Below, one piece after another: positions 47,282-61,535 of a DNA stretch of 64,000 bases. Position 1 is the stretch's first letter; every line of letters starts with the position of its first letter. The notes beneath the pieces are model-generated. The model saw nothing but the letters and a program-made list of their open reading frames with translations. It had not been told where the DNA came from and made no database searches. Source of the stretch: Eledone cirrhosa (lineage: Eukaryota); contig OZ024743.1 of NCBI GenBank assembly GCA_964016885.1, positions 376,526,001 through 376,590,000 of the forward strand, written 5' to 3'. The translations under genes and the position numbers were made by a program.

Positions 47282-47499
47282 CATACACATATATACATAC
47301 ACACACACACACACATATATATATATAAATATATTTATAAATATATATATATATATCCAGAGTCGGGCCATATCGATACAGATCGAACCTTGAGCTGACA
47401 ATAGCTAAACGCGCGTCACCAATCGATAAAAGTAATGAAGGCTTAACAAATCGTCCTTGTAGTATTATTATTATTATTATTATTATTAATATTATATAC

Positions 47500-47555
<56 letters not shown>

Positions 47556-48221
47556 ATATATGTATATATGTATATATATATATACGAGTATATGTACATA
47601 CATGCATATATATACATATGTGTGTGTGTACACATATATATGTTTACATGTTTCTCTTTCACGATAGTTCCAATCAGTATTATACATTTGTGCAGGAAAA
47701 ACATCATGCTCGCCCGAGCGTAGTTATTTGTATTAACTGAAGATGGAGATAATAATTTGTCAACATATTACTGATAAGGAAAATTAATTAATTATTATTA
47801 ATGGATCCTGATTTAGGCATAAGGCCAGCAATTTTGGTGGAGGGGAAAGTTGATTAAACCGACCCCAGTGCGTTAATATTCATTCTATTAAGGCTAAATA
47901 GTGAGTCCCGTTACTCTGGAGTTTCGCTTGTTTATCACAGGCAAATCTCCAGAGAAACAAGACTCACTATGTAGCCTTAATAAAATGAATATATATATAT
48001 ATATACGTTGAAATGACCGAGACCCCCAGCTGCAACTGAAGAGGTGACCTGTCTCTTGTTTGTGCTTTCCTTTTATTTCTAAATACACTTTATCAAGTAA
48101 CCACACAGCCCCTTATTCCTTCTAATTATATATATATATATTTTTTAAAGTAAACAGAGAACATAAAAGCAAAAGAAAAACAAAAAAAAAACGTGGAAGC
48201 GAAGAGGCAGTACAAATGTTA

Positions 48222-48388
48222 TTAGAGTCGGACGCCATGCTTTGAAGCATAGAGTTACGTCCCTTTATGATCTGAGTTCAAATCCCGCCAAGGTTAACTT
48301 TGCCTTTCATCCTTACGAGGTCGATAAAATAAAGTACCAGTAATGTACTGGGTAATTGCAGGCCTTGTGTCAAAAGTAGAAACAATTA
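48222..48388 (+). mobile_element. OK-type SINE
   Basis: Family core plus GTAGAAACAATT end. Confidence 0.85.
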
Positions 48389-48421
48389 TTAGTTTCACGC
48401 TTATATATATAAAGAGAGAGC

Positions 48422-48457
<36 letters not shown>

Positions 48458-48478
48458 TAGAGAGAGAGAGAGGGGGAT

Positions 48479-48528
<50 letters not shown>

Positions 48529-48905
48529 AGAATCTGTGGTATCCGCTACAAGTATTATGAGTGAGAGGTCGAAAATTAAAAAGGAAATGGACCCAGAATA
48601 CATGTTTGTGTGTACGTTGTGCGTGTTTGATTATGGGTGGCGTCGATTAAGTTAGCTGAATGTCGAGTGAGATTGACCAGTCAAGTGGATGTCAGTGCGT
48701 GAGAGAGCCACATGTTATGACCGGAGAAAAAAAAGGGAAGCTGACAAGAGAAACAGAAACCAAGACGTTCGTGACAGATATAAATCTAACATCAAACAAG
48801 CCAGATTGATTCTCTCTTCTCTATGATGCAACTTTACTCTTTCTTGATAATGAATCCTTTACAAACGACATGACACCACGCACCTCTTTAGCGCAAAATA
48901 TTTTG

Positions 48906-48984
<79 letters not shown>

Positions 48985-49204
48985 ATATATATTTATATAT
49001 ATAAGTTAAAACAATGAAATAAAAAATCAAGTCATTAGAAATATACTTCACTGTTTTACAATCGTTTCTAGGTGATGATAATACATCGTAACTATACTTC
49101 GTTATCGATCTATGTAAGGTTAATTACAAAATATCAGAAAAGGAAAATATTTACTTACATACATATCACCAGCTGTTGTCAAAAGTAATAATCAATATAT
49201 ATAT

Positions 49205-49238
<34 letters not shown>

Positions 49239-49401
49239 TCCATATCGGGCTTCCCCCTTGATGATCGTCAGACTTTCTACTCATCGTCTATTAAGGCTCA
49301 CCTATGTATTTAAAGCAGTTGCTCACCATTGATATGCTTTTCACCTGACGATCGGTAATGAGAAAGTGTGTATATTTAAATATTTAGCCCTGATAAAATG
49401 C

Positions 49402-49432
<31 letters not shown>

Positions 49433-49564
49433 TCTATGCCTGTATGGATGTGAGGTATTGTTAACCTCAGCCGTTCTGTCCACATCCCAACACAAGAGCA
49501 AGAATGATGGCGGTCATTCTACTGACATCACTTAAGAGGCTGTTTGCATAATTGCAAACGAATC

Positions 49565-50010
49565 GTGGTTAACTTTGCCTTTCATACTTATGGGTTGGAT
49601 AAAATAAAGTACCAGTAATGCACTGGGGTAATTGCTGGCCTTGTGCCAAATGTAGAAACAATTAATAATAATAATAATAATAATTGTTTCTACTTTCGGC
49701 ACAAGGCCAGCAATTACCCAGTACATTACTGGTACTTTATTTTATCGACCTCGTAAGGATGAAAGGCAAAGTTAACCTCGGCGGGATTTGAACTCAGACC
49801 GTAAAGGGACGTAACTCTATGCTTCAAAGCATGGCGTCCGACTTTCTACCGATACTGCCAATAATAATAATGTTTCTACTTTTGGCACAAGTCCAGGAAT
49901 TACCCCAGTGCATTACTGGTACTTTATTTACCCCGTAAGGAAGGGAAAGTTAAGTTCAGCGGGTTTTGAACTCGGAACGTAAAGGGTCATAACCCCTTGC
50001 TGCAAAGCAT
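49565..50010. mobile_element. Three OK-type SINEs around (AAT)n tracts
   Basis: 49565-49662(+), 49683-49862(-), 49871-50010(-). Confidence 0.85.
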
Positions 50011-50401
50011 GATGTGTGTGTACGTGTGTGTGTACAATGTATGTGCACTTTAGATATGTTTACTCATATTCATATATATACATATTTACCTGTATACTTA
50101 TGTATCAATATATATATATTTACCTGTATACTTATGTATCAATATATATATATTTACCTGTATACTTATGTATCAATATATGTTGTGATGTGGAATGCAA
50201 TAAAAACGTTTTTTTTCCTGGGATAACTCAAGAGTCCAGGATTTAATTTATATAGATAACATTGAATAGAAAATTAAGTGCAAAATAAATATAATAAAAA
50301 TATATGATCGATTTTTTCTACCTGTTTTGTACATTGAATTACAATCTCTCTTTTTCCCTCTTTCTCTCTAACCATCTCTCTCTCTGCCCCTTTCTCTCAT
50401 C

Positions 50402-50465
<64 letters not shown>

Positions 50466-50505
50466 TATATATGTAAATGTGTGTGAGTGTGTGTGTGTGT
50501 GTGCA

Positions 50506-50660
50506 TGAAGGTACATGGCTAAGTGGTTAGAGAATTGGGCTAACAATCGTGAGCTTGTGAGTTCGATTCCAAGACCGAGCAGTGCATTGTGTTCTTCAGC
50601 AAGACACTTTATTTCACGTTACTCCAGTTCACTCAGCTGTAAAAATTAATTGCGACGTCA
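50506..50660 (+). mobile_element. tRNA-derived SINE head (second-family relative)
   Basis: GGCTAAGTGGTTAGAG..GAGTTCGATTCC..CAAGACACTTTATTTCACGTT. Confidence 0.65.
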
Positions 50661-50745
50661 TGCCTTTCCTACAACATATATTTGTATATATATTCATGTG
50701 TCAGTGTTAGCGTGCATATATGTATGTATATATTTATATATATAT

Positions 50746-50832
<87 letters not shown>

Positions 50833-50907
50833 CATAAAGAATCTATCCCTTGATGAAATTTTGTGTAAAGTGATGAAGTTTGGTTTATTATGTTTCTTAT
50901 ATTTTAT

Positions 50908-51007
<100 letters not shown>

Positions 51008-51360
51008 CTATCATATATATATATATATATATGATTCTTCCCTATCGATCTCTACAGCATTGTATTATTAAGTGACAAGTGATGACTATTATAGCGCCCG
51101 AATTATAATGACTGCCGAGATTATGTGAATAGTGGTGTTGAAGTTTCTCTTACATGGTTCTATTTTCAAACAAACCTATAGTTGACATTGACTTGTAATG
51201 GTGTATCGATTAGGTAAACAACACCCAGTGCTGAATATGTATATATGTATGTACGTTTGTATGCATATTGTATGTATGTTATGTATGTATATATATATAT
51301 GTATATATGTATGCAGGTATATATATATGTATTTATATACATATATATATTTTATATATA

Positions 51361-51393
<33 letters not shown>

Positions 51394-51398
51394 GTATG

Positions 51399-51438
<40 letters not shown>

Positions 51439-51480
51439 AGTATATATATATAAGTATATATATATATGTATATATATATC

Positions 51481-51521
<41 letters not shown>

Positions 51522-51530
51522 GTATATATG

Positions 51531-51625
<95 letters not shown>

Positions 51626-51765
51626 GTATATATAAAGCAAGCAAACTCGACATTATTTGAAAATGTACATAAATGGGGTGTAAAATGAAGCGTCCATATT
51701 TATACTTTACACCGTTTTTACACAACAGAGACATACACAAAGACGACCATGTAGACATACATATG

Positions 51766-51800
<35 letters not shown>

Positions 51801-51981
51801 GTATACATACATATACATACATAAACATACATATATATGAGATAGATGGAGACAATATATTTATACCCATACATGCATATGTTTATCTATATATACTTTA
51901 AAAATGTGTGTGTGCCGTGTGACGTGGTTTGTGTGTGTGAAGTAAAAATGATATATTTGAAGAAAGAATGTGTGGCGGCTG

Positions 51982-52040
<59 letters not shown>

Positions 52041-53148
52041 GGTGGTGGTTGAAGTGTGTATAGATAGAAGAGTTTCTCTGTGAAAGTATTAATAATATTG
52101 TATTAATACTTCGTTTGAGAAAACGAAAGACAACTAAAATTGTGACATTGGAAATATTTCATATTTAATACTGTCTTTAGTCTAGAAGATTCTATCGATA
52201 CAATGGTTATCTTAGTAGATATAGGCAGTTCTCCTCTATGATAACATTGGTGTAGGAAGAGTCTTTTGTGTTTGGCTAAATGTTTTCTGTGTGGCTGAGA
52301 CAAAGAAATCTCTGTCGTAAACATTGAATACTGAAAAGCAAAAGTGGACTATTTTCTTATCAGTAGAACACTTTAGAGTGGACACCAGGCCGCGATGACC
52401 ACATGACCAATAGCTTTGTACATAGGTCAGTGTGTCGTTCAGCTGCCATCCTTCAGCCATTCTCCTCCTCTACAAGTTCCAATGGATGTTTTTGTATCAC
52501 CTAGAGAATAACAGACTACGGGCTACGAAGAGAAGATTATTGTACATTGAGCAATCATATATACAAACATGGGGTCTATGTATGTATGTATGTATGTATG
52601 TATGTATGTATGTATGTATGTATGTATGTATGTATGTATGTATGTATGTATGTGTTTATGTATGTATGTGTGTATCTATCTATCTATCTATCTATCTATC
52701 TGTAAAATAGCTAGCAACCGTACGAAATGGAGATCTCTTGTTGCTCAACGCTCATTGGGAAGCAAAAAAAAAAAAACTAAAGAAGAAATATAAATGAGAA
52801 ATTGTATAACTAAGGACGTTCCAGCCCTAGCTTTTCCGTCATTATTTCAGGCAGTGTATCACGGAGTTTTAGCAACTACATCTCTTCTTTCTCTTAGTTG
52901 AATAGGATATATAAATTGACGAAAATTAAGCTGCTACGTCTAACAAGCCAAGGGATTACTTTGAGGCATTTCCTTTAATTGATAGTGTTAAACTGAACGA
53001 TGTGTGATGCTCTTACATAAATAAGTTTACTCAAAAGCCAAATGGTGATGTTAAACTGGACAACATTAGATGCCCTTACATAGCAAATTTCTTCCGGAGT
53101 TCAAGTAGTGGTGTTAAACTGGACGAAGTGGGAAGCCCGTAAATAGCG

Positions 53149-53335
53149 CCTTCTTCTTCGCCCTCTTATTACTGAGGGTCGGGGGTGGGGGGTGGGGGGG
53201 GAGTCCTCAAACACTCCTTCCAGCGGGTCCTATCAGAAGCAACCGTCTTCAACTGATTCCCTAAGTGAGACCAGCCAAGCTCATGGATGTTATCCAAACA
53301 TCTTGCTCGAGGTCTACCTCTGGGTCTCCTGCTCT
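53149..53335 (-). mobile_element. Short RTE 3' fragment inside a degenerate ~60-bp tandem repeat
   Basis: Similar to 38855-39030; surrounding units GGTGTTAAACTGGAC..GCCCTTACATAG at about 52985-53140 and 53355-53395. Confidence 0.65.
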
Positions 53336-53825
53336 AAGTCCACTAAATCGCCAAGCCGTGGCGTTAACCTGGACGACGTATTAAGCCTACCATAGCTGAT
53401 AGCGAACATCAACGTTAGTTCAGGTATTTATATAATGGTGGTTACAGCAGTGTAAATTAGTTGCTAGGAAACTAATGTAAGTATCACCAATTGTATGATA
53501 TTTCGCATACATCTTTACAAGATTACTGAAATATAAATGAAGTCCTTATTGTTAAAAACTTGCTGAAAATCCAGTTGATATTCAATTGTAATGTTTCTGC
53601 ATAACATGGGTCATTTTGTTTGCTAATTAGTGACGTAATTACACTGTTTTAGAGGTGTAAGCTTCGCTGATACGGACAATGAAATCATTCGCCTGGCCGT
53701 CATAATCAATTAAACGATATAAATGGGGAACTTTTGTGTTTGCAAGTAAATTAGTATATTACTACATACAAGTTAAAAGATTGACATTTCCGTGGCCGAG
53801 TATATGTGTGCGTATGTGTTTATAC

Positions 53826-53888
<63 letters not shown>

Positions 53889-54076
53889 ACTCCTCTCTTT
53901 CACTCTCTCCATCTCTCTCTATCGCCATCTCTCTCTCTTTCCCTCTACCTCTTACTCTGTTTCTCCTGTCTCTCCCACTCCCCTCTCTCTATCTCTTTCT
54001 ATCTGTCTGTCTCTCTTTCTTCGCCCCTCTCTGTATCTGTGTAACTAAAGTTCTTTTCCCCATTTCATAGTTTCAT

Positions 54077-54122
<46 letters not shown>

Positions 54123-54130
54123 CTATGTAT

Positions 54131-54171
<41 letters not shown>

Positions 54172-54399
54172 TATACATTGTATCGTTTGAACCTTGTTTT
54201 ACATTTCACTTCATACATTTTAAACTATTTATTTCAGAAGAGTTTTGCATAAAGGATTCATCATTAGCTGTCTTCTGTATTGTTAGACTTCATACAGTTA
54301 TTACAATCTACTTTCGAGGCCTTTCTTTGTAGGCTTTATTAATTTATCAGAAACTATGATGTGTGTGTGTGTGCATGTGTGTGTGTGTGAATGTGATAA

Positions 54400-54467
<68 letters not shown>

Positions 54468-54619
54468 ATGTGTTTATATGTGTGTATCTTTATATATATA
54501 TGTGTGTGTTTGTGTTTTGTTTTGTTTTTTGTTTTATTGCCTGAACTAATTTATTGAACACCATTAGAGTGTTATATATTCTCGGTGGGATTGGTTTCTA
54601 TTATTATTGTAATTCCCAT

Positions 54620-54792
54620 GGCGGTGGTTTGGCAGTAGATTCGGTAGAGCAACGGACTCCCCGCTTTGCAGCATAGAGTTACGGTCCTTTACGGTCTGAG
54701 TTCAAATCCCGCCGAAGTTAGCTTTGCCTTTCATCCTTACGGGGTCGATAAAATAAAGTACCAGTACAGTAATGTACAGGGGTCGATTTAAT
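54620..54792 (+). mobile_element. OK-type SINE
   Basis: Full head and core. Confidence 0.85.
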
Positions 54793-54803
54793 TGGTGGCC
54801 CTA

Positions 54804-54921
54804 GTTACAACAGTGACATAATACACAGGTACTTAAGTTTCATCGGGTTATACACCCCGACTCATTCAGATTCAGCCTGTTATAGAAACAAAGATGGCTA
54901 CCTCCATGTCACTGCTGTAAC
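54804..54921. mobile_element. Small MITE with ~16-bp TIRs and TA flanks
   Basis: TA-GTTACAACAGTGACAT ... ATGTCACTGCTGTAAC-TA. Confidence 0.5.
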
Positions 54922-54991
54922 TAATTAAACTTAACTCGTCCTATGGACTGAGTTCTCTTACCCTTAGATATTTATACCAAATTTGTACTAA

Positions 54992-55038
<47 letters not shown>

Positions 55039-55039
<1 letters not shown>

Positions 55040-55299
55040 GAAAATGTTCAAGACCCCGACGGCAGAGCTCACCTTGTTTCGACGGCTATTTCTGGACTAA
55101 GTGTAGATTTTTAGCGAGGTAGTAAATAAGGCTATTTACTACCATGCTAAAAATCTAATTTAGTCCAGAAATAGCCGTCGAAACGGCTCGAGCCCTGCCG
55201 TCGGGGTCTTGAACATTTTCCATTACTCACTCTACTACCCAAAGTATTGAGTACTCTGGTGCGTTACGGTCTACCTGGTTCCTTACCACACTTCCTTCG

Positions 55300-55300
<1 letters not shown>
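55039..55300 (+). mobile_element. Longest GGAAAA-palindrome family element with tail
   Basis: About 180-bp fold-back 55039-55221 plus tail to CTTCCTTCGT, inside (TA)n. Confidence 0.8.
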
Positions 55301-55346
<46 letters not shown>

Positions 55347-55357
55347 TATATATATAT

Positions 55358-55562
<205 letters not shown>

Positions 55563-55570
55563 TAATATAT

Positions 55571-58500
55571 GTTTCTTTTATTTGCCACCAGGGCATCAAA
55601 AGTGGGACAAGTACAATGGGGGGAGTTTACAAAACAAGGCGTCCTCAATAAGGAGGAGGCAATAACAAAATATAAAAATAAAATAAAATATAACAAAAAA
55701 TAAAATGTATAACAAAATCCTCAACAGAGAGGAGGCGCCTTGGGGGGTCGCACACACCCCCGAAAAAAGTGTGCAACCCTTCTTCTCAGGAGCACAGAGA
55801 GGGGGTGCTCCCTCGTTCCTTCCTCTTTTCCACCTACAGGCTTATGTAAAGAGAAGGCCCAATTACACGGGCCATTCTCGCCACTTTCACCCACCTTTCA
55901 TAAAAACGACTGGGGTGGAGCACCTCTCTTTCCATCCTGATCCTACTTCCGAAATGATATCGGAAGAAACGGACCAGTTGTTGGCCAGAGAGAAAGGTGC
56001 CTGACCTCAGTCCTTTCAGACGTGTCTACCATACAACTTCTTTCACCATGGCTATTACGCACAGAAACACCGCCTCTCCTTCATCTTTGAAGGGGGGAGG
56101 CGGCTTGATCATTACAATAGACTCGGTGGTCAACCGGATCGGTCCCACCCTTGACAGCAGTTGTTCGACATAGCCCCACAGATCGGCTACGCCCGAGCAG
56201 TGTACCAATGCGTGTGCAACGGTTTCCTCGTCGCACACGCATCTGGGACAGATCTTTTGGGCGGGGTCCCTACCCGGGCGCCCGTGTCTGTAGAGCTTTT
56301 CTCGAACGGGTAGAGCCCCTCGGTAGCACTGCCAGGCCAGGGACTTCTGGAAGTTGTCCATAGGTCCCGGGCTGAATGTCCTACCGAACAGGCTGGCCAG
56401 TTCGTCTTCCTCCATGTCTAGGGCTTCTCCGAGGGCGTCGTCGCACCTGCTGCGTACCAGCCCTCTATAGAATGTTGCGGTGGAGTCTCCACTGATAACC
56501 GGATCCGCCTGCCAGAGGGCGGTGAGCGCCTGGGCACACACAGTGTGCCAGGCGCCCAGTTTTCTCGGTCTTTGCTTGACCCAGGATTGCAGCTCGGTGA
56601 GTGAGACGAGTCTGGGAAAGGTTCGTCTCACAAACGATGGCCACACCGGTTGACCGGTGAGGAATACGTGGAGGTGCCGTAGCCTTAATGCATGTTTACG
56701 CATCATTAGCCACGGCATCCCCAGCCCTCCTTTCGAAGGGTGTTGACAGCAGATGGATCTCCTCACCAAGGGAGCCCGCCTCTTCCAAAGGAATTGGAAG
56801 AGTGCGCGCTTCATCTTGGCGAGGGTTTCCCTTGGGCAAGGCATTACGGTCAGGCGGTAGTAGATGACGGACGCTATATAGGTGTTCGCCACCTCCGCCC
56901 GACCTTTCAGAGATAGTTTGCAACTGGCCCACTTCTGGGTCAGTGCAAACACCCTGTTCGTAACCTCCGCCCAGTTCTCCTCCACCTGGAGGTCTGGTTC
57001 GAAACAGACCCCGAGCAACTTCACCGGGCCCTCCGTCCAGCGTCCGACGACGCCATCGGAGGGCATTGGTCTGCCCCTCCACGTGCCGAGTTGCAAACTG
57101 ATCGACTTGTTCCGGTTCAGCTTAGCCCCTGTGAACCTTTCGTACTCCTCCAGTAAGATGCCAATCGCCCCGATTTCGGAGGCTGTCGACACCATTACTG
57201 TCACGTCATCGGCGTAGGCCGACACCGCTTTCCGCAATCCCGGTTCCAAAGGGATGCCCTGCAACAACTCCAACTTCCGCAGTAGTGGCTTGAGAGTCAA
57301 CACATACAGAAGGGAGGAGAGAGGGCACCCTTGTCGGATGGACCGCGCGATTTTGAACGGCTCCGAGAGGTAGCCGTTCACCTTGACCCTAGAGCAGATG
57401 CGGCTGCTGTGCATAGCAGTGATCCAGCCCCTGAAAACGGGTCCGAAGCCTGCCGCCGCTAGCACCGCATCCAGGTAACCATGGTCGACCCTATCGAACG
57501 CCTTAGATTGATCCAAGTTGATCAGAGCCCCACCAAAGCCGGGTTCGTTCCCAACCCTCTCTATGATGTATCGCATGAGGTGGAGGTTGTCATGGATGGA
57601 CCTGGACGGGATAGCACATGTCTGCGCATCTCCCACCAGGTTTCCCACGACAAGCGCCAACCTCTTTGTTAGCACCTTGGCCAAAATCTGTAACTCTGTA
57701 TTTAGCAGAGTTATGGGCCTAAAGTTACTTATTTCGTCCCCCTTGTTCTCGTCCTTCCTCACTAGCGTGACTACGCCCTTGGTCACAGTACAGGGAATTC
57801 TCCCGTTCTGTTGCCAGTTGCAGTAGACCGCCTCGAGGAGATCGGGGAACAAGTCCGGCATAGCTAGATATAATTCGTATGGAAGACCATCGAGACCCGG
57901 GGATTTGCGTTTGCCGCATTGGCTCAGCACCTCCTCTATCTCAGCGGCCGAAATCGGCTCCTCGCAGGACTTCGCCTCTCTGTCCGAGAGACGCGGCAGG
58001 CCGTAGAGGTATGGACCGAAGTCCACATCCCCAACCGGCTCCCCGCCCCTCCCGAACAGTCGGGAAAAGTGCCTTTGAAAGGCCTCACACATCTGCTTAG
58101 GCTCAAGGATCGCCCGTCCATCCTGGTCTCGCAAAGACCGGATGGTGGATTTAGTTCCACTCTTGGCCACTGTCACGCGGGCCCAGCTAACAGCTTTGGT
58201 CCCCTCGTTCCCTAGAGCACGTATTTTACTTCGGACAACGCAGCCTTCGTGCTTCGCGTCGAAAAACTGGCTCAAAGCCGTTCTCGACGCTAGCACTCTG
58301 GCCACGTCGCCGCTTCTAATTGCCTCTTCTACACTATCTACCAACTCCCTTTCCTTCCTATTCCTATCCGCAGCTAGAACCTTACTAAATTCTATCGAGA
58401 CTACTCTAATCTCTCTCTTTAGAGATACCCACCACCTGCTGTTGACGATCGCTCCAGTCAACCGTTCCTTAACTAACGTACTAATCCGATCCCTGTAAGC

Positions 58501-59760
58501 TCTACTTGCCGGCAAGGACAAGTTGAGCTTCCAGTAACCGGGTTCCTGTCTATGCGTTCTATCAAGGTTGACCATGCAGGTCACCAACTTGTGGTCTGAA
58601 TAGCCAACCATGAGCATTTCTGGAAAACTTAAAAAGTCCCTGTCCTTATTTCTAACTAAAAGCCTATCTAGGTACGACCTAGATGATCCGCTGTGATTTG
58701 ACCAAGACCAGGTTGGCACCGTCGAAAAATCTAGTCGAAATCTATCGGCCAGGTCAAATCGGCCGAGTAACCCCTTCAGGCTGTTGCACCCCTCTCTATC
58801 GGGACATGCCCCTGCATAGTCCCAACGTGCATCCATGATACCATTCCAGTCCCCCACTAAAAGCAGGGAACGGGTCGTCCCTACAAAAGACTCCAGACGC
58901 TGGAAAAAGTCGGGCCGCTCTGTCCCAAAAGGGGCATATGCGGCTACCAGCCTAAAGGCTCCACCTTCACCACTGCCAAGGTCCAGCACCACCAGTCGAC
59001 CCCCTGGGTCCAAGTGAACTATCTGTGTGGCAAGACCCAGATGTTTTTGCAGCAGAACGACAACCCCACCCCCACCTCCGGGCTGACAGAGAGATGCGCG
59101 CATCTCAAAGTCGTCAAAGGTGGGGGCTAGCTGTCGCATGCTGCTGATCCGGGCCTCGTAGATAACCATCACATTTATAGATCGTGACCTGAGGTCATTT
59201 AGAAGCATTGCTTGCTTCCAAGATGAGCCCAGGCCACGCGCATTTAGACACCCTACTCTTAGCACAGCCATGTTGGTGGTAAGGAGAAAAGGCACTTACC
59301 TCTCTGCGTCCCGGGAAACGGGCCGCTCAATTTCCATGCTGGTTGGGGATGGGTTGTTGGGTGGGGTGGTGGTTTGTGGAAGTGAAGGGGCATCAGTGTG
59401 TTGTGGGGTTGGGGCGTTTGTGCTTGAGTGGGTGTCTGGGTGGGGTGGGGGTGAATTTTTTTAGGAGGACGCGGTTGATTGGTTTGGCGCAGGGGGGGGG
59501 GGGGGGCACGTCCTCCGTGAAATTTATTTTCAGTGTTTTATAAAAGTTCATTGGGACTTTAATCATTTTTAAATGAGGTAGTCCCACAGCAGTTATAAAG
59601 TTAGGCCCTTCAGTTTGGACCGAAGGGTTTGCTGAAATTGTTTTCAGTAGTTCTTTGTTGTCTGTGTTCATGTATGTATATTGTAAAGTCATTTTTGTGT
59701 AGCAGTTAGTGTTGTGTGACGGGGAGGGGTGGTTTGTATATTGTTTGTGTTCTCTTGGGG
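55571..59760 (-). mobile_element. Tx1-clade (L1-like) non-LTR retrotransposon, near-complete ORF2 and ORF1 remnant
   Basis: ORF2 as in the next feature; 3' UTR ends AATAAAGAAAC then (TA)n; upstream ...MEIERPVSRDAER* is probably the ORF1 end; 5' boundary uncertain. Confidence 0.85.
55834..59271 (-). pseudogene. ORF2: apurinic endonuclease, reverse transcriptase and CCHC zinc finger, one premature stop at 56026
   Basis: LNARGL, GDWN, YLDR, SDH (APE); KSPGLDG, NFRPITLLN, KAFDRVDH, RQGCPLS, AYADD (RT); CPRC..HALVHC. The frame continues past the TAG to the same GPSLYISL* end as the 14.9-kb copy. Confidence 0.9.
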
Positions 59761-59764
59761 AATA

Positions 59765-59849
<85 letters not shown>

Positions 59850-61029
59850 GTGTTGTGTTTTGGGTGGTGTGTAAGAATACACTGTTTGATAGAGAAAAGA
59901 ATCTGTCAGACAAGACATAGTTTGAAACAACGTCAGGTCGATTTCGTACAAAGAATTGTCAATCAAATTATCCGCGTGTCTCTAATGGCACATGATCATG
60001 TCGCTAATGGCGCCAATGTCTTGAGTATTTAATTTCCTAAAGTCCAGTTAATTATTGAAATAGTGGTTATAATTAACGGTCATTAATTACTGAGATAATG
60101 TTAATGATTGTCACAGAAATACCCATAATTTCTGTCAGTTCAAATCAATAATATTAATATTCTTACATAAGACAATAAAACATATACCTATTGTGAAATG
60201 TGATAGATGTTAACCGTTCATAACCTTCCCATACAATAATTTATCTTATGATTATGAGGAAATAATGTTGTCTTAGATATTATAAACTGTTAGAAAGTCT
60301 CCACTGTTACCCAGATATATTCATATATTTTCCAGCTGACACCAATTCACTTTATTAATGTCATAAATGCGCAGGACTGGTAAAGTAGTTAAGAAATCTG
60401 ATTCGCAACCATGAGGTCACTGGTTCGGTCACGCTTTGTAGAATTTTGCGCCAGTGTGTTTTTTTTTTTTTTTTTTTTTTAAATTGCTATCATCATTTCC
60501 GGTTGGCCTAAATCTTGTGAGTGAAATTGGGTCAATGGAAATTGTGGAAGGCAGTAGGATGGACTGGTCAGTCTTGTCACACATTGTGTGATGCTGAATT
60601 TCAGTGTTATCTCTATCCAACACTGTAATCTTTATCAAATAGTGTCGTTCTATTAATCTGTGTTGTGTGTGTCAAACAGTGTTGTCTATCAAATAGTGTC
60701 TTGTCTGTCAAACGCGAGTTTGGGTGGCTGTTGCAGCGGGTGTTACTGGCCATCGCCCGAGGGATGCTTTTGCAGTCTTGTCAGCGGAGCTCAGCACTTC
60801 TGCTCTCTTACCCTAGGCCCAAAGCCCAATCACCCTCCCCCTTCACCCTTACCCTCTCTTCGGCGACACCAGAGCTCCCCCCCCCCCGTTTCTCGTTCTT
60901 TTTCTTCTTTCTCTCTTTTTTTTCTATATTTCCCTATTCTTTCTTTCTTTTTGTTTCCCACTTTTTTTTATTTTTTCTTACTAAATTCTATTTTTAAAAA
61001 TAAACATGTATTAGATTTGGATTATCAAT

Positions 61030-61535
61030 GTGTTTTGTCTATCAAACAACGTCTTGTTTATCACTCAGTCTATTGTGTATCAAACACCATCTTGTCTATC
61101 AAACAACGTCTGTTTATCAATCAGTCAATTGTGTATCAAACACCATCTTGTCTATCGAACAACGTCTGTTTATCAATCAGTCTATTGTCTATCAAACACT
61201 ATCTTGTCTATCAAACACCGCCTGTTTATCAATAAGTCTATTGTGTATCAAACAACATCTTATCTATCAAACATCATCTGTTCATCACTCAGTCTATTGT
61301 CTATCAAACACCATCTTGTCTATCAAACAACGTCTCTTTATCAATAAGTCTATTGTGTATCAAACACCATCTCGTCTATCAAACAACGTCTTGTTTATCA
61401 CTCAGTCTATTGTGTATCAAACACCATCTTGTCTATCAAACAACGTCTGTTTATCACTCAGTCTATTGTGTATCAAACACCATCTTGTCTATCAAACAAC
61501 GTCTGTTTATCAATCATGGTATTTTACATCAAACA
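61030..61535. repeat. Minisatellite, unit about 57-60 bp with TATCAA subperiodicity
   Basis: TTGTCTATCAAACAACGTCTGTTTATCAATCAGTCTATTGTGTATCAAACACCATC repeats. Confidence 0.9.

Noticed and set aside
49240-49370. Two CTGACGA motifs as hammerheads
   Set aside because: No convincing stem I or III, and GAAA placement is poor.
59290-59302. GTAAGT splice donor before ORF2
   Set aside because: Equally explained as the ORF1 stop codon (AGG TAA); no acceptor evidence.
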